DNA of 64,000 nt, from positions 1,178,001 to 1,242,000 of the forward strand of contig OX597818.1 in the NCBI GenBank assembly GCA_951406725.2. The letters are read 5' to 3'. Under the pieces are notes generated by a model. The model searched no databases. It saw only the letters and a program-made list of their open reading frames with translations, and was not told where the DNA came from. The stretch comes from Octopus vulgaris (Eukaryota). Shown one piece after another: positions 41,410-52,874 of this stretch (positions are counted from its first letter, which is position 1; each line of letters begins with the position of its first letter). Position numbers and translations under genes: made by a program.

Positions 41410-41460
<51 letters not shown>

Positions 41461-41961
41461 ATAAATATTAATATATGTTTATATTTATGCATATAAAAAT
41501 GGAAATGCTACAGGCGAAGTGTTAACTAAAGGAACAGCTGTCATAAATTAGATATAAAATCTGAGATAATTAAGTGTTCTTGTATATTTTAGAAGAATTT
41601 CATTAGCAGGTTATTTATTTAGTCTCTAAAATATATATCAAATATTAAATAACATCTCATTTATATATCTCACTACAACCATAACAACAACAACATCAGT
41701 ATACTCATTGCAACAATTAATATAGGTATTTAGGCCTATAGACATTGGGATCTATTATCTTGATTTTACATATTTATATATTTCTCACATCAGATGTTGA
41801 TTGAAATAATGTGCTGAATGGAGAGAATAATAAGTTCGATCTACAGGTCTGTGCCGAATGTTTGCAAAAAAATAAACACTGTCAAATGTATTCAGAAGAC
41901 AGGTGTTGGTGAGAAACCGGGTGGCATGTTCAAGCTACCTCCTTATAATAAGGTTTAGTTG

Positions 41962-43108
41962 CGAGGGTAGGCTGAAAAGTGCATAGGATGACTATGACGA
42001 AGTGACGCTGGAGCTCTGAAATCTTGTATGCATTAATTTCAACCCTTCTTGCATTATTTCATTCCAGGTAAACTAACATCTAACTGTTCAGACCACACTT
42101 TAAAAGTAATTAGTAGCGACATATCTTGAAATTCGACAAAATTTGGCATCGTGGTGTTATTAAGTAACTGCAGAAAAAGGTTTTAGAATCTAAAGTTTAG
42201 ACCTAAGGGCATTCACGCTGACATGGTTGCTACATTAGGGTTGATGCTCCAGCTTCATCAACAATTCAAAAGTGGGTAGCTGAATTTAGAATGGGAAGGG
42301 AGAGCCTAGAAGATGTCTGACTATAAATCAAATAACGAATGCTATTAGCATATTCTGTGAGAGAGTTGAGAATATTCTGCACAAGGAACTTGGCATAACG
42401 AAGTTTTCTGCTCGGTGGGTGTTACGTTTTGTGACATCTGATCAAAAGCGCTGACATTGTTTGAGGCAGATCCAGCTGGTTTCCTTGAATGTTTCCTAAC
42501 CCAGGTTGAGTGTTGGGTTCATCACTTTGAACCAGTGACAAAAAGACATTCCATGCAATGGAAACACCTCTCCTCACCTGCTCCAAAGAAGGCAAAGGTT
42601 GTTTCCTTTCCAGGGAATGTGATGGCCCCAGTTTTTTGGGATGCAAAAGGTCTTGTGTTTATTGAATGTTTTTAGAAGGGCCACACAATCAATGGAGAGT
42701 ACTATGCAAACTTGCTAAGGTAGTTACAAAAGGCTATCAAGATCAAACACTCAGTAAAACTGATGCAAGGGTTCTTGTTTCATCAGAAGAATGCTCCAGC
42801 GCATAAGTCCTTCATTTCAATGGCTGCTGTGCGTGACTGTGGTTATTCTCCCTACTCTTCTGATTTGTGACCATCATCTATTCCCCAATATGAAAAAACT
42901 TTTGGCTGGGAACCAGCATCGATGTGATGATGTCATATCTACTGCTGATGACTTTTTTGACGAAAAAGATGAAAGTTTCTTCCAGTGAGATCTAAACACT
43001 GTAACACCTATTGAAGAAGTGTGTGAACCGAAAGGGGGACTATGTTGAAAAATAAAGCTCATTCAGTTACATTCCATGAGAGTATCTTGGTCAGCCTATG
43101 AACGCTCG
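41962..43108 (+). mobile_element. Degenerate mariner element
   Basis: CWVHHFEPVTKRHSMQWKHLSSPAPKKAK..VMAPVFWDAKG and HLFPNMKK. Degenerate TIRs CGAGGG..AAAGTGCATAGGATGAC / GTCAGCCTATGAAC..CTCG-TA. Confidence 0.85.
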
Positions 43109-44599
43109 TATATCAGTTGTACTGGCGACAAAGTATTCTTAGCTTTTTTTTTCCATGTTTTGAAAATTTTTGTCAACTGACCAGTCAGACTTGAGTATAA
43201 CAGATTATGTTGATGAGGTCTAATATCCTGAAACATATCCATAATAGTTCTCCCTGATTTTCTCCTCAAAATGCAAAGTAACTTTGAGAGATTAATTTTT
43301 ATTCTCTTTTACAATTATCTCTCCTTTATGATAGTTGCTGACAACTGCGCTAGCTTTCTTTTTTTGTTTCTTTAACGAAGACAAAAAAATTCATTTGAGA
43401 AGCTTATGTGTTCAGCAGATTATCTCTGAACCTATTCACCCCGTGTGAAGCCTAACACCCATTTCGCTCGATCTACTGCACTATATATCCGACCAACCAT
43501 CCAGTATTATCAGACATACAATCCTATATAATCAGAAATACCATCCTGTATTTTCAATGTTACCATCCCGTTAGAGTGAATAAGGTATGTTTTGTAATCC
43601 ATAAATAGTTTCAATATCATTTTCTATCGACCATGTCCAATAATGAACAAGAATATTGTAATGCTATAACAATAAGTAGCAACTGAACACTAAATACTTT
43701 TCCTTGTATCGTAATTTTTTTAATGTTTTAAACAAAATAGTACTGTTGCATAGCAACTGTCTCCATAAATTTTGTAGTAAGGTTTGAACGAAAATAAAAA
43801 AAGCCTCGCAAACAGGGCGTCTATTGTTACAAAAAAGGCTTTCTGAACAAAAGTAGAATTCAAATAAAAATTAGACACAGCTTCGAAAGGACTCAGGAAT
43901 AAATTATTTTAATTGACAACCAGCATGTGCTTACATTTCTGTGTTATAGATGAGGAATTTATAGGAATTTCTTGAGTGCATTTGGGCGTTCCGTTTATTA
44001 CAAACATCTGACTTGGTTAACGTGTTAACAACAAAGATGTGTCATACGCTGATGCTTTGTTTGTTTCAAAGTAGAACAATTTCGATCATATCTAGGGTTA
44101 ATGCTTACGTTTGGACATTTTCAAATGTTGGAAATAATTAAGTTAAAGTCGATTAGGTCAGGGAAAGTAGCAGTGTACGTCACGTCACTTGACTATTGAG
44201 AACGATCTGACTGAGGTGTCGGGTATCATTAAGAGTCAGGCAACAAGGATCAAAGACTTCAAGAGGGAAGGCTTTCAGGGGAGGAAGGGTTTGATAGTCT
44301 GGTTATTGAGGGACTGTGAGGAACAACTAGCAAGTACCAAAGAGTATGTTTACGTAATGGTAGCAGAGTAGAATGAGAAGATAATTTATTTGTAGACGAG
44401 AAATTGGGATGTATTAATGAGTGAATGTTTGCCAGTCAGAGTCAAAGTCAAACTGAGAAAAATAGATAAAATTAATTATAGCATTTAATTGTTCTCAGTT
44501 TTGACCTCAAATTCTGCTGGTGTCGCTAAAATAAGCTCCAATAATATAACTGACCAATTTAAATTAGTTTCTGCTTCATAAAAAACAACCTCTGTCAAC

Positions 44600-44659
<60 letters not shown>

Positions 44660-44660
<1 letters not shown>

Positions 44661-46344
44661 ATTAAATCCACTAAATAAGTCTTCTTAAAGGGATGCCAGC
44701 ATCCAAGTTCCCCGGTTTTATCCTGTGTATCAGGGAAAAACCAAAGATGTTAGTTTCGCATTGATGGATATGGGTATACTATTTTTATGTATTAGAAAAA
44801 AGAATACGGAGAAATTAACATGTAGACATTAATTTATTAGAACATAATACAATTCTAAACAATATGAGATTCAATTCCACCTACACTTGTTTCCGTGCCC
44901 AATTACTTCAATTTGAGAAATTAAAATAAATTAAATCAAATTAAATTTCATATCGAATATCGTTAATTGGGTATTTGTTCAGGGGAAGCATTTGATCGAA
45001 AGGAGCTACATTCCGATGTGTTAGTTTTCATGTGTGTTCTTGCTCCACTTACTCCATTCTGTTCTTCTAAGATGTGTATCCTTATGTGCGCATGTATCCT
45101 TGTTTGTGTGTGTGTGCGTGTGTGCGTGTGTGCATGTGTATGTGCTTGTGTGTGTGTGTGTCATAGTTTTTAGCAGCAGCATGACCTTCCCCCAGCCCCA
45201 CCCTCGCACCCCATTGTGCTGCTACTGTCCCAAGACCCGTAAAAAAAGAGAAAAATATGTTACAGCTCCCGTATTCCTCTGTGTATGTATATTCGCCCAC
45301 GGTGTTGCCATTGTGGTAGTTGTTGTTATTGCCATCGTTGGTATCGCCGCTGCTGACGTTGCTAGTTGTGTTAAGTATCACAGTTAAGTGCATATATGTC
45401 AATTGTGTGTGTATTACCCTGTATGTTTCTGTGAATTATTTAGGTTTTTACCCTCGCTTTTCTCATCCCTACTGTCTTTAGTCATGTAGTGTGGTATGGT
45501 GGTGGGTATTACTGTTCCATTCGTGCTTTCTATTGAGGCTCAGTCTGTCTACTCTTATGTGTATAGCCTTTGTGATCTGTCTAAGTGTCGTAGTAGTTCT
45601 ATGTGTCAACAGTACTTTCACCCCTATGCTATTAATTGAGCCTCCATGTTCTGCCTGAGCATGTTGGTAGAGCACTGACGAACTTTTCCCTCCAATGTAG
45701 GTAGTTATCATATTTCTGCATCATCCCTCAGTACATCGTAATCTATACACTACATTCCTGTGGGTTCATCCTACATACAACACAATTGTACTCCATACTG
45801 GGGGATTTATCAAAAGGACAGGTATTGCTGATCAGGGATTTTAAAGGGACACCAAGTCTCTCTACTACTTTAATTCGTAGATTAGCCTTACTTGGTGTTT
45901 TACTAAGAAGATGTGCTAGTTCGCCACCAGGGGTAGCACCAACGAACATGACACTGGTATTTTTGGTTGTCATACCAAGTGTTAGCCTTATTTATCTTAC
46001 TACTGGTCCTTTCCGTGCTTTTCCAGGATTTATTCCTGTACAGCGGGCAGATCCCCTTAGCATCTATGATGGCTTTGTACTTAGTCCTGGCTACTTTGTA
46101 CAATCTAATCCTGTCCCTTTGGTTGTAGCCAGAGAAAAGCATGTGGTGGATGAAGTGTTGTATATGTCCTCCCAATTCCATAGGGTTGCACACGCGAGAC
46201 ACATTCCTCATCAGAAATTAGAAATTAGAAATTCTTTTAGAAATATAGTAAAATAAGAATTTTTTTACAGAACTGGAGTGATTACTTCCAATATTGACAT
46301 ATTTAAGATTGGAGTTAGGCCTGTGGCACGGATCATAGTTGCCC

Positions 46345-46345
<1 letters not shown>
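44660..46345 (-). mobile_element. Penelope-like element (second clade, Cys-rich linker; Neptune-like), degenerate 3' portion
   Basis: MLFSGYNQRDR..CPLYRNKSW; VMFVGATPGGELA..IKVVERLG..CPF..CVVC; TYIG..LYQHAQAEH..RQITKAIHI..LNRKHEW (GIY-YIG C-terminus). Clade assignment is tentative. Confidence 0.75.
44875..44987 (-). ncRNA. Degenerate hammerhead motif (G8C) in the PLE 3' region
   Basis: Minus strand UUCCC-CUGAACA-..CCCAAUUA...UAAUUGGG..-GAAA-CAAGUG-UA-GGUGGAA. Confidence 0.5.
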
Positions 46346-46408
<63 letters not shown>

Positions 46409-46615
46409 TGAAATGGATAAATGAATTATCTTGTTACGGATTATTCAAAATTTAACCGATACCTGGGTAGAAAAAAATCACAACAGAAAAAACACGGTTG
46501 AAGTTACGACCATGGGGTGTCGCAACCGTGCCTTAGCGCGGATAATTAAAGTTTAATATCTTTAGTGAAGGGAAGAAATGGAGCTGAACGAAGATTCTAC
46601 AGAATTCCTTTTATT

Positions 46616-46701
46616 ATTTTCTACACATGTTTCAAAGGCCGCAAATTTCCAAATTCGGATTGAATAAGGAGACCATTTTGCAGCTTTCTCTTCAGGAAAA
46701 T
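46616..46701 (-). ncRNA. Type I hammerhead ribozyme, long stem II
   Basis: Minus strand AUUUUC-CUGAAGA-GAAAG CUGCAAA...UUUGCGG CCUUU-GAAA-CAUGUG-UA^GAAAAU. Homolog of 39995-40074 with a different but paired stem II. Confidence 0.8.
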
Positions 46702-47308
46702 CCAGGAATTTAAATCTCCAAACAAATGCGCAGCAAGCTATTCGAACAAAACGCTCCTTATGAGCCCATGGAATGGCACAAAACTGTCTCTCAATGTGCG
46801 TTGACGTCAGGGGAGGTGGAGGCCGACGAAAAAGTCCGTTGGAATAAATCGAGGTCAAACTGCGGTCAAACCTGGTAGGGGAAGAAATACTAAAAACCAA
46901 AGGGTGTGAATATATTCTGTATAACTAATGTTAATGTTCGGATTGTTTTAAGAATTAAGGCTATCTTCTTTAGGTGTGCGAACCTACCTACATGTATGTG
47001 TGTGTGCGCCTGTGTATGTGTGGCAGTATGTTAGGAAGCAGCTAGAGGGAAAGAGTGCTGCTGATATTGTTGGTCAAGCGGCTGATAAAAGCCTGTGTCT
47101 GTGTGTTCGTCTGTGGCCAGCTTGTATACAGATGACTTGTCAAATCAAGGGGAGTATAATCCCTGATATTGCTTCTAAAAAAGTAGCAGACCATACGCTA
47201 AAAGGGGAGTAATTTCCCCTTGCAAATTTAATTCAAAGATTTTTTTCAAAATTTTTTCCAAAATTTTTTTCTTTTCCTAGGACATCAAGGTGTTAATTAT
47301 CTTAGGTC

Positions 47309-49240
47309 TCAATTGTATGCAAGAAATGTGTGCCGCCGCCAGTGGGGACATCTAAAAGAATTTTGCAAAATCTCGTTAACTAAGCGCCCTCGGGCGAACA
47401 AAATGTGAAAAAGTTCAGAGTTGCAGAGATTACATATTCTTTTGCCTCTATCAAACGGTAGAGACACCGATAAAATCGACCATTCCAGTCTAAATGCTGA
47501 ATTCGCGTTCTTCAAACGCCAGATCATTTTACTAAGTCCTGTCGCGTGTTGTTTCCTAAAATCGCGAAATGTTGTGAAGTGGTTCGATATTCTCACGGCC
47601 AATTTTGATGATGACGCTCCGATATACAAGTAGACATCTGATTCAGTGTAAACTCTGCATTGGTAAATGGCATTTCTAATCTTGGAATTACTAGATAAGA
47701 ACCTTATTCTATTGGGATTTGCTTCCGATATTAATACGGCGTTCTTATTACTATGATGATTGCGAGAACTGCGGCTGTCTTCGACATTATACACCCCATT
47801 ATCAATACTATTTAATGGAATATCACCTGTATATTCCCTGTCACTGAGATCGCTGTGATTGCTAATGTCCGTGATCCTACTGTTGTCAAAACCGTTGCTA
47901 AAGGTGTTATTAGGACTCTCTACATTAATGACTCGGACAGTGCTCTCATCCCTATTACCATTACTAACGCTAGTGTCGTCACCATTGCTCCTATCCTTAT
48001 TCCTATTATTAACTCCATGGCTGGTATGGAGATTGCTAATCTCTGTGCCGGTTCTATTATCATTATTACTATTATTATTACTGCGCGTTATTCTGGCATT
48101 AGACAGAGCTGCGTCTCCGGACGAGGGTGATAGGGTCTTATTTAGCAGCTTATTGTTATGGGAGGAAATTATCTGGGAGAGATTTTTTATGTTGGAGAAG
48201 GCTATCCTAACTTTGTGTGAGTTAACAGTGGCGTAATATCTGGAATTTCTGGGAAAATTAATGGCAATGTTTTGGCGAAACTGCAGGGGTAGATTAGATC
48301 TTATTTGTTTACCAAAGGGAATTACAAACCAAATATATTTATTCTTGTTTTTGTAATGGGTCGGGGAGTCAACTCTGACATTAAGGTGGGTATTTCTAGG
48401 TTGAATAATAGGTTTTGGCTTACTATGGCCTCCCCTGGACCGCAAATTATTTATGTTACCTAAATTTATTCTAGATGTACTTGTTCCGACATTCCTTAGG
48501 CTCCCATCACTACTTAAATTATTTATGTTATTGTAGCCGGCCCTATCCTGATGACAGAATGCTGGCATCGGAAGGGCCGGATCTATATATACTACCTTCT
48601 CCCTATAACCGGCTTTAGACAGGGCGGCATTATAAAATTCCGCTTTCTGCCTAAAAATGTCGACACTAGCAGACAAATTAGTTAATCTTTGAGAAATATT
48701 TTTAACCAAATTGTCTGTTATAGTTTTAGCGTGATTCGAGAAGACACTGACATACTTTAAGTTAGTGGAAGGCTTGTGGTAAGGGCAGTAAGAATCGCTA
48801 TGGAGGTTTAGTGTGACATCTAAGAAATTAGCCTTAGTAAGTTCGTTATCAAAAACTATACTCATGCCCTTCCTATTAAAGAACCTAGCTAACCTGTTTT
48901 TAGTTTTCTGTACGATTCTGTTCGTGGTGTTTTGTAGGTAAAACAGACAATCGTCACGATATAGGCCGCCCCCGATATCCGGGAACTGGTCGGATAATTC
49001 GTAGAGAATATAGATTCCGACCAAATCGGCAATCTGCGCGCTATCTGAACTACCCATAGGCACATCGAACTTGTTGGGAGTATCTTTACAAACCCACAAC
49101 TTATTTTCAAACTTTATAAATGATTTTCTGGCGACTAGAATAATATCAATTTCTTCTCTAGTGAGGCCTGCCTTATTGTGTGCATGCCACAGGGCCTTAT
49201 TAAGTACACTAGGGTTAGTTGAGGGGTAGAAACTAGCAAT
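47309..49240 (-). CDS. PLE reverse transcriptase + GIY-YIG endonuclease, N-terminally truncated; open for ~644 codons
   Basis: The frame extends upstream of the tracked ORF as IASFYPS.. (motif A lacking its Asp). It continues FDVPMGSSDSAQIADLVG, GLYRDD, NFLDVTLNL, AIYQC..YIG..RISNH, CNLC and terminal RCPH. YRDD and the C-terminal C..C/CxH pattern resemble Naiad/Chlamys PLEs. Confidence 0.9.
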   Translation of the reverse strand: MASFYPSTNPSVLNKALWHAHNKAGLTREEIDIILVARKSFIKFENKLWVCKDTPNKFDVPMGSSDSAQIADLVGIYILYELSDQFPDIGGGLYRDDCLFYLQNTTNRIVQKTKNRLARFFNRKGMSIVFDNELTKANFLDVTLNLHSDSYCPYHKPSTNLKYVSVFSNHAKTITDNLVKNISQRLTNLSASVDIFRQKAEFYNAALSKAGYREKVVYIDPALPMPAFCHQDRAGYNNINNLSSDGSLRNVGTSTSRINLGNINNLRSRGGHSKPKPIIQPRNTHLNVRVDSPTHYKNKNKYIWFVIPFGKQIRSNLPLQFRQNIAINFPRNSRYYATVNSHKVRIAFSNIKNLSQIISSHNNKLLNKTLSPSSGDAALSNARITRSNNNSNNDNRTGTEISNLHTSHGVNNRNKDRSNGDDTSVSNGNRDESTVRVINVESPNNTFSNGFDNSRITDISNHSDLSDREYTGDIPLNSIDNGVYNVEDSRSSRNHHSNKNAVLISEANPNRIRFLSSNSKIRNAIYQCRVYTESDVYLYIGASSSKLAVRISNHFTTFRDFRKQHATGLSKMIWRLKNANSAFRLEWSILSVSLPFDRGKRICNLCNSELFHILFARGRLVNEILQNSFRCPHWRRHTFLAYN

Positions 49241-49281
49241 ATATATATATATACTTTATTTAAAGCAGCAGAAAATTCAAC

Positions 49282-49328
49282 AAAACCTGTTACTCTGAGT
49301 TTCCTGTTGCCGTTCATCGGACAGTTTT
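49282..49328 (-). ncRNA. Hammerhead-like motif, CCGAUGA (U4C) variant with extra A
   Basis: Minus strand AAAACUGU-CCGAUGA-A-CGG(CAA)CAG-GAAA-CUC(A)GAG-UA^ACAGGUUUU. It has the same stem III as 37952-37994. Confidence 0.6.
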
Positions 49329-49424
49329 TGCTAGAATATATATATATTCAAAATGTGACCGCGTGTGTACCGTTGGCGATTTTTTTCCTCCGTCTTCCCT
49401 TCTCTGGATCTTTCCTTTTCCTAT

Positions 49425-49459
49425 GTTTCTGACGAAGAGCTCCGCTCGAAACGTAAAAC
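49425..49459 (+). ncRNA. Minimal type I hammerhead (extra A after A9, palindromic ACGU stem III)
   Basis: GUUU-CUGACGA-A-GAGC(UCC)GCUC-GAAA-CG-UA^AAAC. It lies in a ~215-bp pLTR-like piece (49348-49560) whose terminus TGTTTGGATTAACT also occurs at 33132. Confidence 0.78.
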
Positions 49460-49556
49460 CCTCCTTCTTTCCTTCCTTCCTGAGCGTCCAATAATACTAT
49501 ATTTGTTCCACGTCCTCGCGTTGTTGTGTTTTCTCTTTGTTTTCATGTTTGGATTA

Positions 49557-49602
<46 letters not shown>

Positions 49603-49827
49603 TCAATATAAGGGTAGCAAAGAATTCAATAGAAATTTATTTCGCCACCAGCGGTCTAGTGAGAAAGAAGAAATAGTCAACAGACTACATAATATACATT
49701 CAACAATAATATTAAGGAATGGCCTTAATAGGCCATTCAACCCACTAAAACGAGCGGCTAAACTCAAACCGCTAAATAGTAGTAATTCAGAAATCAAAGG
49801 AAAATTAAAAACATTTACCCTAATCAT

Positions 49828-49933
49828 CTTTGGACAATGCATTGTTTCGACGTACTTTTTGGTAAACCAGCCTAATTAAATTAAATTAAATTTAATCAAG
49901 TCAATTTACCACTGGCCCGTCTCATCGGCAAAG
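49828..49933 (-). ncRNA. Type I hammerhead, CCGAUGA variant, long stem II, 12-nt palindromic stem III
   Basis: Minus strand CUUUG-CCGAUGA-GACG..UGGUAAA...UUUACCA..CGUC-GAA-ACAAUGCAUUGU-C^CAAAG (GUC triplet). Confidence 0.75.
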
Positions 49934-50171
49934 AAGCCAGGAGGAATAAATATTCCACGAGGCAACAGCATCGATGCCTTGGGAATATATACTCTAAATT
50001 TTCAAAATCTACCGTCATCGCGCCAACTTATCAGCAGCAAATATAAACTGCTGATTTAATTTCAGAATTAGCCAAAAAATCATTAATTAATCAATATAAG
50101 GGTAGCAAAAAATTCAATAGTTTAGCTGCTCGTTTTAGTGAGTTGAATGGCCTATTAAGGCCATTCCTTAA

Positions 50172-50253
<82 letters not shown>

Positions 50254-50424
50254 CAAATTGAGATAGGGGTTGTAAATGCGGCCCTCTATGGGATAACGTA
50301 TATCCAATATACTGCTAGTGAAGTACCCAACAAAGTTAATACATAAATGTTAATGATTGCGATGCAATCAATTCATTTACTGTATTATATGGGCAAAGGT
50401 AAAATGATTTACCACAAATTACTA

Positions 50425-50811
50425 ATACAAGATAAGAAAATGGAGAAATACATCTAAATCAAATATCAATTACCAGATAATACTCAATCACATACTTTAT
50501 TAAACCACCACATAAGAGACTGTAGGGTTAAATATAAAAAGCAGAACAAATCAGTGTACATAAAGGAATGTACATAAAAAAGTGTACATAAAAGAGTAAT
50601 GTTGTATAATAAGTAGAATATATATATAAAAGAGAATATAAATACAAGTAAATATAAATATAAGTATAAATTAGATCTTACAGCGGTTTCGGCCATGTCG
50701 ATAATTATGTCAACCCTGCAGTCTCTTATGCGGTGGTTTAATAAAGTATGTGATTGAGTATTATCCGGTAATTGATATTTGATTTAGATGTATTTCTCCA
50801 TTTTCTTATCT

Positions 50812-50815
<4 letters not shown>
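50425..50815. repeat. Inverted repeat (~95-bp arms), PLE-like inverted pLTR; the spacer holds the 3' half of a hammerhead
   Basis: 50426-50522 is the reverse complement of 50719-50815. The minus strand at 50672-50695 reads GGCC-GAAA-CCGCUG-UA-AGAUC. Confidence 0.85.
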
Positions 50816-50847
<32 letters not shown>

Positions 50848-50849
<2 letters not shown>

Positions 50850-51219
50850 AAGGCGCATGGCTTAGTGGTTAGGGTGTTGCATACACGATAGCGAGACCGT
50901 AGGTTCGATTCCCTGACCGAGCGTTGCGTTGTGTTCTTGAAGAAAGCACTTCATTTTGTTGTCGCTCTGCGATCATTTCCCCTGACATGTCGCACACGGT
51001 GCACCCGTACAGGTAATGTCGATTTGATGGAGGGTGTGAGCTTATGTGTACACAAACATTCGATGACTGCAAACAAATAACCTGTGTGGTTGTTCAGCAA
51101 GAAAATGCTGAACACTTATGCTTTCTTCAAGAACACAACGCAACGCCAGATCTGGGAATCGAACCTACGGTCTCGCAATCGTGTGTGAAATACCCTAACC
51201 ACTAAGCCATGCGCCTTCA
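50848..51219. mobile_element. Tail-to-tail pair of tRNA-derived SINE heads
   Basis: GAAGGCGCATGGCTTAGTGGTTAGGG...GGTTCGATTCC on + from 50849 and on - from 51218; ~100-bp inverted arms. Confidence 0.85.
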
Positions 51220-52673
51220 CACACACACATATATATACACTCACGCACACACACATGTATATATATATATCGTTGATATTATGCAAAAGTGTCGTAAGTC
51301 CTAAACGTTGCTTTTTCAGAAAACTAAAAAGTAGTTTTACCATTCCATAGCAAAACCGTTGTACTACACTTTGACAATTTTTGATATCTTGGCATCGAAA
51401 CTAGCTGGAGATACGATAGATTGACCAAAGGAACCGGCTATTGCAAGCAAAAATAAATATTGAAAAACGACGCATTTGGTCGAATAGGGACATATGACAG
51501 TTTAACATAATAGCAACGATATATATATATATATACATATATGTGTTTTCTTCTGGGCCGCAAGGTCTTCATCTGTGGACGCTCATGCGTCTTCTTAGAA
51601 TTAATTAGATTGCTTCAAATCTTTGGGCCTGAGTTCATATCGCTGGGGCACCAAGGGTGAAGATTTCCTTTCTTCAAGGAAGAGTGTCTATGACTGTATT
51701 TAAAATACACCTCTCAAAAGCTAATAAAAAAATTATAAATACACAAAGGGGTAAAAGCGTTTTTGAGTTAAAAAAATAAAATATTCATTTGTGGATTACA
51801 AAAATAATGAATATAGAAGAAAGCGAAACCAGAACAAATAGCTACAAAATACAAACAAAATAAAAACATTTTTTTGTCTTCAGAGAGATCAACAAGGAGA
51901 TTAGCGGTAACCAGCAGCTGTGAGAACTGGTGGTGGGGATGACAAAACATTAAAACAAAGCTACCAGGAACTACGTCTTGTTAAAATGTTGAGGAAGAAA
52001 TGAACTATTCTTAACCAAGACTCGATAAGACCGAGTCATAAGCGAATAATGGTTATGAAAACGCCCCCCCCCCCATTACTGCAGTACCAACACCACACCA
52101 AAAACTATAAAAATACTGAAATAGAGAAAATGTAGCGAAAAATGTATGGTAGCTGTAAAAGAAATAACCAATCATATTACTTCTTGCTGCTCAATCTGAG
52201 CTAAACAGAACGTATAAATTAAAAAAAAAAAGAAGACCCTTGTATACCGGGTGCTATGGCAGTGACATGAAATACTCCGGTAGAGAGGAAACACAAATAC
52301 ATGCTACAAACGTCTAAGATAATGACGTGAGACATAATAACTCAGACAAAGATATTTAGGTAAATCCCTTGATAATAAGTCCAGCAGGAAAAATATATAT
52401 CTCATAATGGTTATATCAATATCAACTGACGACAATATACACTTGAAAGAAATAGACAAACTACCTTACTTTAAAGACTTGGAAATAGGGGTATCCAGAA
52501 TGCAGTGATTCAAAACAGAAAGAATCCCCTCGAGAATGATAAGAAGAGATACAAACAAATAACAATGCAAACCCCAAAACAATTTACATAAACAGCATGA
52601 ACAGATGGTATTATTAGGCACTGGCTACACACACACACCTCATACATACTCACACACACACACACACACACAT

Positions 52674-52727
<54 letters not shown>

Positions 52728-52825
52728 AACATATATCTATATATGTATATATATATACAAACATGTGTCTGTATATATATATATATGCATGCATACATAC
52801 ATATATATGTCTAAATAACAGATAA

Positions 52826-52869
<44 letters not shown>

Positions 52870-52874
<5 letters not shown>

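Larger units (their letters stand above)
46403..49240 (-). mobile_element. Naiad-like Penelope retroelement, 5'-truncated at RT motif A, inserted in (TA)n
   Basis: Bounded by (TA)n at 46346-46402 and 49239-49252. Contains the RT-GIY-YIG frame, a ~900-bp 3' UTR and a hammerhead. Confidence 0.92.

Noticed and set aside
47309-49240. Selenoprotein-encoding Naiad (in-frame UGA plus SECIS)
   Set aside because: No in-frame UGA in the retained frame and no SECIS I can identify. The missing N-terminal part cannot be assessed.
51540-51690. Hammerhead-like words (CAGAUGAAG, UUGAAGAAAG) on the minus strand
   Set aside because: Could not assemble consistent stems I-III.
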